A DNA stretch of 64,000 nucleotides. Origin: an uncultured Christensenella sp. GTDB taxonomy: Bacteria; Bacillota; Clostridia; Christensenellales; UBA1242. The stretch is from assembly GCA_949300385.1 (NCBI GenBank), contig CASGDZ010000003.1, positions 17,316 through 81,315 of the forward strand, read 5' to 3'. This document shows positions 1-8,428 of this stretch, in pieces. Position numbers and translations under genes: made by a program. Numbering within the stretch: position 1 is the first letter of the stretch; every line of letters starts with the position of its first letter. The notes beneath the pieces were generated by a model. The model made no database searches, had not been told where the DNA came from, and was given only the letters and a program-made list of their open reading frames with translations.

Positions 1-99
1 TTTAAATGACATTGACACAAATGACATAACCGCCAAAACAACTGTCGCCATTATCATGATTAAGTTAACTAAACTTAATTTAGATTTAGATTTTTTCAT
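1..99 (-). CDS. 5' end of a gene for a TM-anchored or secreted protein that continues past the left edge (MKKSKSKLSLVNLIMIMATVVLAVMSFVSMSFK...)
   Basis: ATG is the complement of 97-99 and is preceded by an AGGGAGG Shine-Dalgarno (complement of 104-110). The N-terminus is hydrophobic and the frame stays open to position 1. It is too short in this window to appear in the ORF track. Confidence 0.4.
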   Translation of the reverse strand, partial: MKKSKSKLSLVNLIMIMATVVLAVMSFVSMSFK

Positions 100-318
100 A
101 TAACCTCCCTTTCGATAATTTAATGTTAATATATTTTAGAAACAAAAGTCAATTAAAATAACAAAATAATAAAAAGTTTAATTTTTTAAATTAAAATCCA
201 ACTTACTACAATACAAATATCGATTAAATTCGCTAATTACAATTTATATTATAATGTTTAAACTTTAATATATGATTTTAAAAACATTTAGTAAAAATTT
301 TTCTTATATAATTTAAAA

Positions 319-347
319 CAAAAAAAGTAGCGTAAATAGTGCGCTAC
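319..347 (-). terminator. rho-independent terminator downstream of tRNA-Asn
   Basis: Stem GTAGCG (327-332) / CGCTAC (342-347) is followed on the minus strand by a T-run (A-run 319-326 on plus). Confidence 0.6.
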
Positions 348-353
348 TTAATT

Positions 354-428
354 TGGCGCCCCGAGTAGGGCTCGAACCTACAACCTATCGGTTAACAGCC
401 GAGTGCTCCACCATTGAGCTATCGAGGC
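354..428 (-). tRNA. tRNA-Asn (anticodon GTT), CCA encoded
   Basis: The reverse complement folds as GCCTCGA-TA-GCTC-AATGGTG-GAGC-A-CTCGG-CTGTTAA-CCGAT-AGGTT-GTAGG-TTCGAGC-CCTAC-TCGGGGC-G-CCA. It has a 7-bp acceptor stem with one G-U, a 5-bp T arm, and T33/A37 around GTT. There is one C-T mismatch at the top of the anticodon stem. Confidence 0.9.
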
Positions 429-441
429 ATTCAACAAATGT

Positions 442-470
442 ATTATATATTAAAAGAAATCATATGTCAA
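442..470 (-). promoter_or_regulatory. sigma-A-type promoter for tRNA-Asn
   Basis: On the minus strand: TTGACA (complement of 465-470), 17 nt, TATAAT (complement of 442-447). The -10 box ends 13 nt before the tRNA 5' end. Confidence 0.55.
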
Positions 471-552
471 CCAATTTTTAAAATTTTTTTATATATAATG
501 GCTTTAAATTGCAAATTTTTATATTATTATATGAAATTTATATTAAAATGCG

Positions 553-586
553 AAAAAAGTGCTAATTACACTTTAGCACTTTTTTG
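553..586. terminator. bidirectional hairpin terminator after the LtaS-family gene
   Basis: Stem AGTGCTAA / TTAGCACT (about 558-565 / 573-580) is flanked by an A-run and a T-run, immediately past the stop at 596. Confidence 0.6.
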
Positions 587-595
587 TCTATTATT

Positions 596-2803
596 TTATT
601 TATTGCTTATTTCATTATATAGTTCATATCTGTTAAGGATTGTTAGATAATTGATTTTTTCTAAAACATTATACGATTCTGAAATAAAACTCGCTGTCAA
701 TATTTCATTTTCTTCACCAACATAAGTAAAGTTAGCTAAATCATAAGTAAATATATCTTCGCTAAATATTCCGCCTGTATTTGAGTAATAGACAATCATG
801 GCTCTATCTTCTACGCCATCATTATAATGATAATCTACAGGACTATACAATGAACGCCCAACATAAAAGTTTTCATTAAACTCAATGCCCATTAAGTCAA
901 ACAAAGTAGGGATAATATCATACGCTGACATAAACCTATCATTAATCATATAATTATTATCGCCTATTTCTTGCTCATAAATTTCACGCAGTCCTGGACT
1001 AGACAATATAAAAGGTATTGTATTAACTTCTATATCTTCAACACCACTTTCATTTACTCCGCGTTTTACACGCGAAGACATATTATCGTAATATGAATAA
1101 TGATCTGAGAATAATACTATAGTAGTATTGTCATATAAACTCTCACCATTTTCATAATATGTGTTTTGTAACTTTTCAATAATCTTACCAATAGCCGCAT
1201 CTAAGCCAACTGCTCCGCATTGATAATAAACAAGTTCTTGTACTAAAGAAGGGTCACTTTCTTCATAATTATTTAATATATTTGTATACCATTCTGTATA
1301 AAATTCTTCGTTATTGCGTTTTGACTCATCATCTAATTTCCAATTATTATTTTCGTCTAATACGCAATTATCTTTACCATAAATTACATAATCGTAATAA
1401 CGCAGAGCATCTCCATCTTTTTCATTATCATCTTCAGTATATGCACCATGCGAAGATACATTTAGATAGAAAGTGTAGAAAGGATTTTCTTCATAATCTT
1501 TTGGGACAATATAATCCATAGCATATGTAACTATTTCTTCTTCTGCAGCCCAATTATTCCATTTTAAATCATCTTTAGAATACACTAAATTTCCACTATC
1601 ATCGCGGATAGAATCTTTACCAATAACATTGTCAAAACCTAAATTTCCATGAGTTAAACCGCGGTTATAAAAACTTATTTTATTAGAATGTAAATAAGTT
1701 GTTGTATAACCCATATCGCGCAAAATACTCGGCATAGAATAACCCAAAGTGTTTTTTGAACTATCATAACGATTTCCGACAATATCTTTTAGAGATTCAC
1801 CAATAGGATACATACCTAAAATTGCATAACTTTCTGAAATATTTGTCTTAGATTTTGCAAAGAAGTTAGTGCCAATTAGACTATCGTCATATATCAAAGA
1901 ATAAATGTTTGGAGTAAGTTCATTAGAAAGATTTGATAGTGTATTATCATAATTTCCATCTCCAAAAGCGAACCATTCTAACGACTCCATCATTATCATA
2001 ATGACATTGTTGCCCGAATCTATACCAAATACTCCATTTTCTTTAATTTCATTAGTATCTTCGACATAATATGTTCCGTCGTATATATTGCCATTATTGA
2101 AGTATGAGATTGTAGCATTAATCACATCCTGATCTTTTTCTGCAATTAAACTTAAAACTAAATTTGTATAATAACCATATGTACCAAATGTCTCGTAACT
2201 ACTCTTTTTCAATAATGTTGAGTTCATTAAGAAGGCATCGCTTGTATAATAATCGACATCGTTGATGCTTGACGCTTTATTGATTCTATCCCTATCATAG
2301 GCTACTATTGCTAAAGAAAACACTTGCAAAACAACTAGTAAAATCACCATTAGAGATGAATAGTGTTGCTTAGCATCTATTTTGTCGCGTTTGACATATT
2401 TTAACAAAAGCGTACCTAAAATCACTAGAACTGTGTATAAAGTGACGAGTGTGCATAATACAGAAAAATATATAAAATTAGTAGTAACTGCATTTACGGC
2501 TTCCCCCATAAGGTTAAACATATCAAACGAAAATAAATCGCCATAAATCATAGTTAAAGAATAATTTGTGTATATGAGAATTGTCTGCACTGCAAGGAGA
2601 ATAGCGGACAAGACAAATTGTGCTGTATAATTTGGAATAGCATATATCAAGAGTGCTATAAAAAATATTATTGCAAAATCATACCAAAAATATTTAGGCA
2701 TTCCTCCGAAATCGAGCAAATAAAAGGTAACCGCTTCTAAAATAAGAGCGCTGATCACTAAATAAATTAGTAAAAGTAATTTATTTAAAACTGTCTTTCC
2801 CAT
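596..2803 (-). CDS. LTA synthase / phosphoglycerol transferase family protein (sulfatase-like, alkaline phosphatase superfamily)
   Basis: About five N-terminal TM helices are followed by an extracellular sulfatase-type domain (IMIMMESLEWFAF metal/nucleophile region, later LFSDH). The start is set at MGKTVLNK (complement of 2801-2803) because a consensus promoter lies inside the longer ORF-track extension. Confidence 0.8.
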   Translation of the reverse strand: MGKTVLNKLLLLIYLVISALILEAVTFYLLDFGGMPKYFWYDFAIIFFIALLIYAIPNYTAQFVLSAILLAVQTILIYTNYSLTMIYGDLFSFDMFNLMGEAVNAVTTNFIYFSVLCTLVTLYTVLVILGTLLLKYVKRDKIDAKQHYSSLMVILLVVLQVFSLAIVAYDRDRINKASSINDVDYYTSDAFLMNSTLLKKSSYETFGTYGYYTNLVLSLIAEKDQDVINATISYFNNGNIYDGTYYVEDTNEIKENGVFGIDSGNNVIMIMMESLEWFAFGDGNYDNTLSNLSNELTPNIYSLIYDDSLIGTNFFAKSKTNISESYAILGMYPIGESLKDIVGNRYDSSKNTLGYSMPSILRDMGYTTTYLHSNKISFYNRGLTHGNLGFDNVIGKDSIRDDSGNLVYSKDDLKWNNWAAEEEIVTYAMDYIVPKDYEENPFYTFYLNVSSHGAYTEDDNEKDGDALRYYDYVIYGKDNCVLDENNNWKLDDESKRNNEEFYTEWYTNILNNYEESDPSLVQELVYYQCGAVGLDAAIGKIIEKLQNTYYENGESLYDNTTIVLFSDHYSYYDNMSSRVKRGVNESGVEDIEVNTIPFILSSPGLREIYEQEIGDNNYMINDRFMSAYDIIPTLFDLMGIEFNENFYVGRSLYSPVDYHYNDGVEDRAMIVYYSNTGGIFSEDIFTYDLANFTYVGEENEILTASFISESYNVLEKINYLTILNRYELYNEISNK

Positions 2804-2809
2804 GATATA

Positions 2810-2838
2810 ATTATAATTCTTGATATGTTTAATGTCAA
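2810..2838 (-). promoter_or_regulatory. consensus promoter placed for a leaderless LtaS-family transcript
   Basis: On the minus strand: TTGACA (2838-2833), 17 nt, TATAAT (2815-2810), 6 nt (TATATC), then ATG (2803-2801). No Shine-Dalgarno is present. Confidence 0.5.
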
Positions 2839-2867
2839 GGTATTGTGAAATATACATTTTTAAATAG

Positions 2868-2896
2868 TTGACCCAAGTCAAATATAACGATATAAT
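2868..2896 (+). promoter_or_regulatory. divergent promoter for the DUF1858-like gene
   Basis: TTGACC (2868-2873), 17 nt, TATAAT (2891-2896). A GGAGGA Shine-Dalgarno precedes the ATG at 2946. Confidence 0.5.
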
Positions 2897-2945
2897 ATAA
2901 TGCAAGCGGACCAATAAGGTTATTGTTTGCAATTTTGGAGGAAAT

Positions 2946-3131
2946 ATGAAATTTAAATCAACAGACTTAATCAGTTATGTTTTACAACATCATAAAAATG
3001 CAAAAGAAATTTTGACAAACTTCGGGTTTCACTGCATATATTGCCCCGCTGCTCAAGGCGAAACACTAGAAGAGGCCTGTATTGTTCATCAAGTGGATGT
3101 CAATGAATTATTAAAAGCACTAAATAAATAG
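2946..3131 (+). CDS. small redox-disulfide protein (DUF1858 / hybrid-cluster-protein-associated redox disulfide domain-like)
   Basis: The 61-aa product has the CIYCPAAQGETLEEAC pattern typical of that family. It has a strong Shine-Dalgarno (TGGAGGAAAT-ATG). Confidence 0.65.
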   Translation: MKFKSTDLISYVLQHHKNAKEILTNFGFHCIYCPAAQGETLEEACIVHQVDVNELLKALNK

Positions 3132-3143
3132 TGTTTTTTAATT

Positions 3144-3172
3144 AAAAAACGAGTTTGAACTCGTTTTTTATT
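3144..3172. terminator. bidirectional terminator shared by convergent genes
   Basis: AAAAAACGAGT-TTGA-ACTCGTTTTTT hairpin. It overlaps the stop codon (3168-3170) of the minus-strand gene. Confidence 0.7.
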
Positions 3173-5513
3173 TTTTTGATGTTCTGCGCGAGATTCTTGA
3201 TTTTTTCTCCAATTCTTTGGTCGTTTCTTCAATCTTCGCATTCTCTTCTGCTATTTGAGCATCAATCTCTTTTAAATATGCATCGATATCTTTTACTTCG
3301 CCTGTTGGATTGACATTGCTTTCAACCATACCTTGCTCATTAGAATCGTTTTGAATCGTATCGTTTACGATTTTTTTAGGACGACCGCGCCTTTTTATTT
3401 GAATAGGAGCATTTTCATTTGAGTTATTGTCTTTGTTCTCACTATTATTGACTTCGGTTCCTTCAACTACTTTTTTTGGTCTACCAACTTTTCTTTTTGT
3501 TTTATCCACAGTCTCGACCGCTGTATCATTTTGCGATTCTATATCGTTAGTTTCACTTTTTTTAGGGCGACCACGACCGCGTTTTGCAGTAGTGACGACT
3601 TCAGTATTAGCAGTTTCTTTTCTAGGTCTACCTACTTTTTTCTTAGTCGATTGAGTTATTTCCTTCTTTGGACGACCTACTTTTTTCTTTTCAGTTGTAG
3701 ATGAGTCTACCTGTGTCTTTTTTGGTCTTCCAACCTTTTTTGCTGGTGCACTGGAGGTCTCATCTGTAGTTATCTTTTTAGGACGGCCAACTGGACGATG
3801 TTCGGTTTCTACTTTTTCTTTTCTTGGTCTTCCAACTTTCTTTTTAGGTTTACTGCTTTCAATTTGGACGGTGTCGAATGAACTGCTATCTACCGCATTC
3901 CCCTCTTGCTCAATAGACGGCGTATTTTGATTGTCACTTATGTTATATGAATCATTATTAAATTCACTAGAAACATTTTCATTAACATTTGATTGTCCAT
4001 CTTCGTAATAATTAAATGAATACGATTGATTATCAATGTTTGAATTTTGAACATCCTCGTTTATTGCTTCAATATTATGACTTCGATTATCTTGTACTTG
4101 GTTATTTTGGACTTGAGAATTATCAATTTCATTAGAATCATTGTTTTGCACTTGTTCACTCGTTTGCTCAACTTGAGAATTATTTACATTTGTAGTATTC
4201 GACAATTTTGCTTCTAATTCTTTTATCTTATCTTGCAAGCCTTTCATCTTTTTACTCTGTGATGCTTCTGCTTGCTTTTTTGCTGCCTCATAGACCTTTG
4301 CACTATATGTATCAAATTCGCTCATCATACCTTTTTCAAGGTTTGTCCTAACCGCTTTAATTTCATTTTCAATCGCAGTCAATTCTTCTTGATAGCCTTC
4401 CAATATTTTTTTATGTCTATCAGATGCTGTATCGTAATCTCTTTCCAAATTTCTTTGTCTATCGAGTTCTTGCTGCTGTTGTTTCTTTAAATAGTTTGCT
4501 TCAATCGCACTTGCAGCCTCATTAAGTTGCGCTTTAAAGTTTTCGAACGACTCTTTACTAACTTGCATTTGTCTTTGATACTCTTTTGTCGTTTCACGGA
4601 AATTAAGTTCTTCTTGAGATATATCGTTATTGATTTGCTCCATGTCTTGCATAAACTTTTTGCGCTCTGCAATATAACTTTCAGCTTCTTGCATGGCTCG
4701 TTCTAAGACAAGTGAACTTTCAACTCCTGCTTCGTCAAAATTAAATTTCTCATGTTCAACATTTCTTAAGCGCGCACGCTCTAATTCTTTTTTCTCTTCT
4801 TCCGCTCTTCTTTGTAAGTATGAATAAAGAATTGGAATACCTCGCTTAATTTCGTTTTTATCAAACAATACTTCATAGTCAACATATTCTGGCAATGTCT
4901 GGGTAGCCTTGTCCATATTTACTTCAAAATATTGATAATTTTGATTTAAATCGCTAACGATTGCATTATGTCTAAGGTCTAAAAATATCGTGACAATATA
5001 ATTTAATATAAGGATGAAAATAGGGCACAACAAGGTCTGCTGTAATACAGAAACTAAATCTGTAACCAACACTGAATACAAGTTAAATAAGAAACTTAAT
5101 ATTGCAAGTATGTATGCTAATATATTCATCGTAGTTATATCGCGCTTAAATGTGCTATTTTTAAGTGGCGAAGACACGCATATTTCAAATGACATATAAT
5201 GACTTGCTGGGTGCTCACGATATAACACGAATTGTTGCCATTGTTTGCGCAATTGCTTGGGTACATTGCGCATCTTCATACGATTATTAAATGAAACCAA
5301 ATTACTTTCATCAATCTGCGGATTATTAATAAAATAATTATTAAACATATCCACTGCTTTAATTAATTTTGATTCATATGCTCTTGATGTCGAGATTATT
5401 GTGGCTATTATAACGAATAAAAATATGCCTAAGAAAATTAAGAGCGAATCATTAAGCGATAAATAGCCATATAGAGAACTAAAGAATCTGTCAATTTCAT
5501 TGAAAATGTTCAT
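3168..5513 (-). CDS. membrane-anchored coiled-coil protein with eight C-terminal AT-hook (GRP-core) motifs
   Basis: It has N-terminal TM helices, a long E/K/Q-rich heptad-like middle, an N/Q/S-rich spacer, and then 8 copies of (K/R)(K/R)xGRP(K/R)K. The Shine-Dalgarno is AAAGGGGAT. Confidence 0.8.
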   Translation of the reverse strand: MNIFNEIDRFFSSLYGYLSLNDSLLIFLGIFLFVIIATIISTSRAYESKLIKAVDMFNNYFINNPQIDESNLVSFNNRMKMRNVPKQLRKQWQQFVLYREHPASHYMSFEICVSSPLKNSTFKRDITTMNILAYILAILSFLFNLYSVLVTDLVSVLQQTLLCPIFILILNYIVTIFLDLRHNAIVSDLNQNYQYFEVNMDKATQTLPEYVDYEVLFDKNEIKRGIPILYSYLQRRAEEEKKELERARLRNVEHEKFNFDEAGVESSLVLERAMQEAESYIAERKKFMQDMEQINNDISQEELNFRETTKEYQRQMQVSKESFENFKAQLNEAASAIEANYLKKQQQQELDRQRNLERDYDTASDRHKKILEGYQEELTAIENEIKAVRTNLEKGMMSEFDTYSAKVYEAAKKQAEASQSKKMKGLQDKIKELEAKLSNTTNVNNSQVEQTSEQVQNNDSNEIDNSQVQNNQVQDNRSHNIEAINEDVQNSNIDNQSYSFNYYEDGQSNVNENVSSEFNNDSYNISDNQNTPSIEQEGNAVDSSSFDTVQIESSKPKKKVGRPRKEKVETEHRPVGRPKKITTDETSSAPAKKVGRPKKTQVDSSTTEKKKVGRPKKEITQSTKKKVGRPRKETANTEVVTTAKRGRGRPKKSETNDIESQNDTAVETVDKTKRKVGRPKKVVEGTEVNNSENKDNNSNENAPIQIKRRGRPKKIVNDTIQNDSNEQGMVESNVNPTGEVKDIDAYLKEIDAQIAEENAKIEETTKELEKKSRISRRTSKK

Positions 5514-5869
5514 AATATCCCCTTTTATCTAAAATTTAATTTTAGATTTGACAAATATTTACATTGTTATTATAACACAAATAATAATTAATTACTAATA
5601 TTTTTAAATAATTTTTAATATTTTTTAAAATTTTTTTGTGTTATTTTTTATTAGTATTTTTTAATATTTTATTCTAAAACTTTTTTAATTTATAAATATA
5701 TTTATTTTTATTTTTTGTTTTATTTTTTATTGGTATTTTTTGATATTTAATGATTTTAAAAAATAATTAATTTTTATATAAATTTCATATTTTTAATAAT
5801 TTTTGAAATAAAAAATATATTATTTTAATATTGAATATAATAAACTATAAATTAGTATATTCATTCATA

Positions 5870-5898
5870 TTGACATACTTATATTAATTATTTATAAT
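5870..5898 (+). promoter_or_regulatory. promoter of the YugP-like peptidase gene
   Basis: TTGACA (5870-5875), 17 nt, TATAAT (5893-5898), then AAAGGAGAG Shine-Dalgarno and ATG at 5916. Confidence 0.55.
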
Positions 5899-5915
5899 TA
5901 TAAAAGGAGAGAAAT

Positions 5916-6641
5916 ATGTGGTCGATGTATATTATCTATTATATTTTAGGGATAGTCATGATACCAGGCATTATATTAGGTATTTGGGCTCAAAGCAAAG
6001 TATATACTACTTTTAATGAATATAATAAAATAGAAACAAAACATGGCAAAACGGCAAAAGAAGTCGCTCGTTTTATGCTTGATGGCGGAGGATGTATTGA
6101 CACGAAAATTCAGCCTATCAGTGGGCAACTAACAGATAACTACAACCCAAAAACAAATACTGTTTCCCTATCTGAAAGCGTTTATAACGAATCTTCTATC
6201 TCTGCGATTGGCGTTACTGCACATGAAATAGGACATGTGTTCCAACATAAACAAGGATATGGACTTATAAAGCTTAGAAATATTTTAGTACCTACAATTA
6301 ATATCTTAGGGTATTTTGTATGGCCGTTAATAATTATCGGTTTAATACTTGAAATGACATATTATGTCACAGCAGCAGATTGGCTTTTAATCATAGGTAT
6401 ATGTATATATGCATTAAATATTGTATTTTGTTTAATTACATTACCTATTGAACTGAACGCAAGTAAACGAGCATACAAAATGTTGATCACAACAGGCGAA
6501 ATGGATTTAGAAGAAGCGCGTGGTGTAAAAAAGGTTTTATCCGCAGCAGCATGGACATATGTCGCAGCGCTCGTTACATCTGTGTTATCATTAATTAGAT
6601 TATTGTTATTCGTTTTCATGATGCGCGGTGGAGAAAAATAA
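5916..6641 (+). CDS. YugP-like membrane zinc metallopeptidase (Zn_peptidase_2 family)
   Basis: HEIGH zinc motif (AHEIGHVFQH), TM helices at both ends, size about 240 aa. Confidence 0.8.
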   Translation: MWSMYIIYYILGIVMIPGIILGIWAQSKVYTTFNEYNKIETKHGKTAKEVARFMLDGGGCIDTKIQPISGQLTDNYNPKTNTVSLSESVYNESSISAIGVTAHEIGHVFQHKQGYGLIKLRNILVPTINILGYFVWPLIIIGLILEMTYYVTAADWLLIIGICIYALNIVFCLITLPIELNASKRAYKMLITTGEMDLEEARGVKKVLSAAAWTYVAALVTSVLSLIRLLLFVFMMRGGEK

Positions 6642-6717
6642 TATAAAATAATTATTAAATATTAACAAATAAAAAACTAATAAATACATTAAACATATTG
6701 TTTAATATAGATAATAA

Positions 6718-7731
6718 TTAAATAATATGTTTTCTTGCTCTAATATTTGAAAATTTTGTCATAACTTCATATTCACTTGAATTATTGTAATCAGAGTAAC
6801 GTTTTAAAGGATTGTTAGCATCAAGAATATAAATGCTATCTCCTTTTTTTAATTTTAAGCCTGTAATATCCAGCATGAAACAATCCATACAAATATTGAG
6901 AACTTGACATTTTTTGCCATTAACATTAATTTTTAATCCCAAATATGATAAGTCAAATCCATCTGCATATCCAAATGGAATAATTGCAACTTTCATATTT
7001 CTTTCTGCCACACAAACACGATTGTATCCTATTAATTCGCCTTTTTTAACAAAATTAATTTGTGTAATTTGCGATTTTATGCTAACAACTGGCAAAAACC
7101 TATCACTCGTTTTATTATAAAGAGAGAACCCCACCCTTACCATATCCAACGAATGATTTTCAATTTCATTTACTATACTATTATCCGCATGGATGATAGG
7201 TGAAAATTTCTCTTTTTTACATATTGCTAAAAATTTTTCAAAACGATTCATCTGCTCATTGATATACCCGTCCGCAGTAGCGAAGTGAGTGAATATGCCT
7301 TGAAGATTTAGCTTACTTTTCTTAATCAATGTTAATGCTAACAAAAATTCTTTAATTGATTTAAACCCATACCTATTCATTCCCGTGTTGATTTTTATAT
7401 GAATATTTATGCGTTTATTCAATTTTATTAATCTAATTATATCTTCAACATCATGGCATGAATACGAAAAACGCGTATCAATAGTTTTAGGTAAAGCGCT
7501 GACTATTAAAATAGGTTTTTTAGTGTATTTATATGCTTTTTTCGCTTCTGATATATTTGAAACCCCATAATAGTCAACATACTTGTCTATTGTTTTTTGC
7601 ACTACTCGCATACCTACACCATACGCATTTGCCTTTATCATAGCACATATTTTTGATTTAGGATTATTTAACCTTATTATTTTTATATTATTTATTAGAT
7701 TTTTTGTATTGACAATAAATGTATTAAACAT
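6718..7731 (-). CDS. alr: alanine racemase
   Basis: PLP-lysine motif MIKANAYGVG near the N-terminus, an NRYG-type barrel segment and a C-terminal beta domain. It is slightly short at 337 aa. Confidence 0.85.
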   Translation of the reverse strand: MFNTFIVNTKNLINNIKIIRLNNPKSKICAMIKANAYGVGMRVVQKTIDKYVDYYGVSNISEAKKAYKYTKKPILIVSALPKTIDTRFSYSCHDVEDIIRLIKLNKRINIHIKINTGMNRYGFKSIKEFLLALTLIKKSKLNLQGIFTHFATADGYINEQMNRFEKFLAICKKEKFSPIIHADNSIVNEIENHSLDMVRVGFSLYNKTSDRFLPVVSIKSQITQINFVKKGELIGYNRVCVAERNMKVAIIPFGYADGFDLSYLGLKINVNGKKCQVLNICMDCFMLDITGLKLKKGDSIYILDANNPLKRYSDYNNSSEYEVMTKFSNIRARKHII

Positions 7732-7798
7732 ATTTTTATCTATGAAAAATTAAAAATAATGTGAAAAAAGCGGAAAGATAAGTTGTTTTAATTTCAAA

Positions 7799-8398
7799 TT
7801 ACTTATTTTCCGCTCTATTTTGTAAGTGTGCCATGGCAAACTCGCATCCACAATAATCTTGTCTATAAATATCTTTTTCTTTAGTTAATTCACTGCTTCT
7901 AAGAAAACCATTTTCTTTCTTAAAATCGGCGTGAAGATATTTTACCCCATACTTTGCTTCTAGATTTTCACCGAGAAGATTTATAAACTGAGCATCTTTA
8001 TGCGGACTAATTGAAAGTGTTGTCGTTACAATATCAAAATTATTCTCTACCGCATATGAAAATGCCTTATCCATTCTATGTGCAATACAAATTTTACACC
8101 TTTGACCACCCTCAATATCCGCTTCATGCCCTTTTACTAAATTTAAAAACTCTTCATGATTGTATCCTATATCCACAACATTTACACCGAGTTTAGAAAA
8201 TTGATCTCGCCTTTTAATATATTCACTTTCTGGATAAATATTTGGATTAAAATATAGATATGTGATATCAAAAAATTTAGATATTTTTTCTATTACTGCA
8301 CTTGAACATGGCGCACAACAGCAATGTAAAAGCAGTCTTGGTTTAACACCAAAACTGCTTATTTCTTCATGCATAAGTTTGTTGTAATCTATCTTCAT
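7799..8398 (-). CDS. queH: epoxyqueuosine reductase QueH (DUF208)
   Basis: LLLHCCCAPCS motif plus downstream Cys residues (RCKIC, YCGCEF). Size about 200 aa. Confidence 0.85.
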   Translation of the reverse strand: MKIDYNKLMHEEISSFGVKPRLLLHCCCAPCSSAVIEKISKFFDITYLYFNPNIYPESEYIKRRDQFSKLGVNVVDIGYNHEEFLNLVKGHEADIEGGQRCKICIAHRMDKAFSYAVENNFDIVTTTLSISPHKDAQFINLLGENLEAKYGVKYLHADFKKENGFLRSSELTKEKDIYRQDYCGCEFAMAHLQNRAENK

Positions 8399-8428
8399 GC
8401 AAATATTTTAGCATAAATTTATTAATTG

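Noticed and set aside
3427-3654. Many 60-115-aa ORFs lie antisense to or inside long genes. Examples are 3427-3654, 9345-9584, 18873-19190, 29528-29872, 46874-47212, 55471-55815 and 58064-58417.
   Set aside because: They are shadow ORFs on the opposite strand of, or in alternate frames within, well-supported genes. They have no Shine-Dalgarno and low-complexity products (for example, the antisense of the AT-hook repeats gives GLPTFLF repeats).
5514-5915. I asked whether the AT-rich repeated spacers here, at 21000-21150 and at 51085-51302 are CRISPR arrays or a replication origin.
   Set aside because: There are no regularly spaced identical repeats with unique spacers, no cas genes, and no DnaA-box (TTATCCACA-like) clusters. 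The repeats are simple AT-rich tandem or imperfect duplications.
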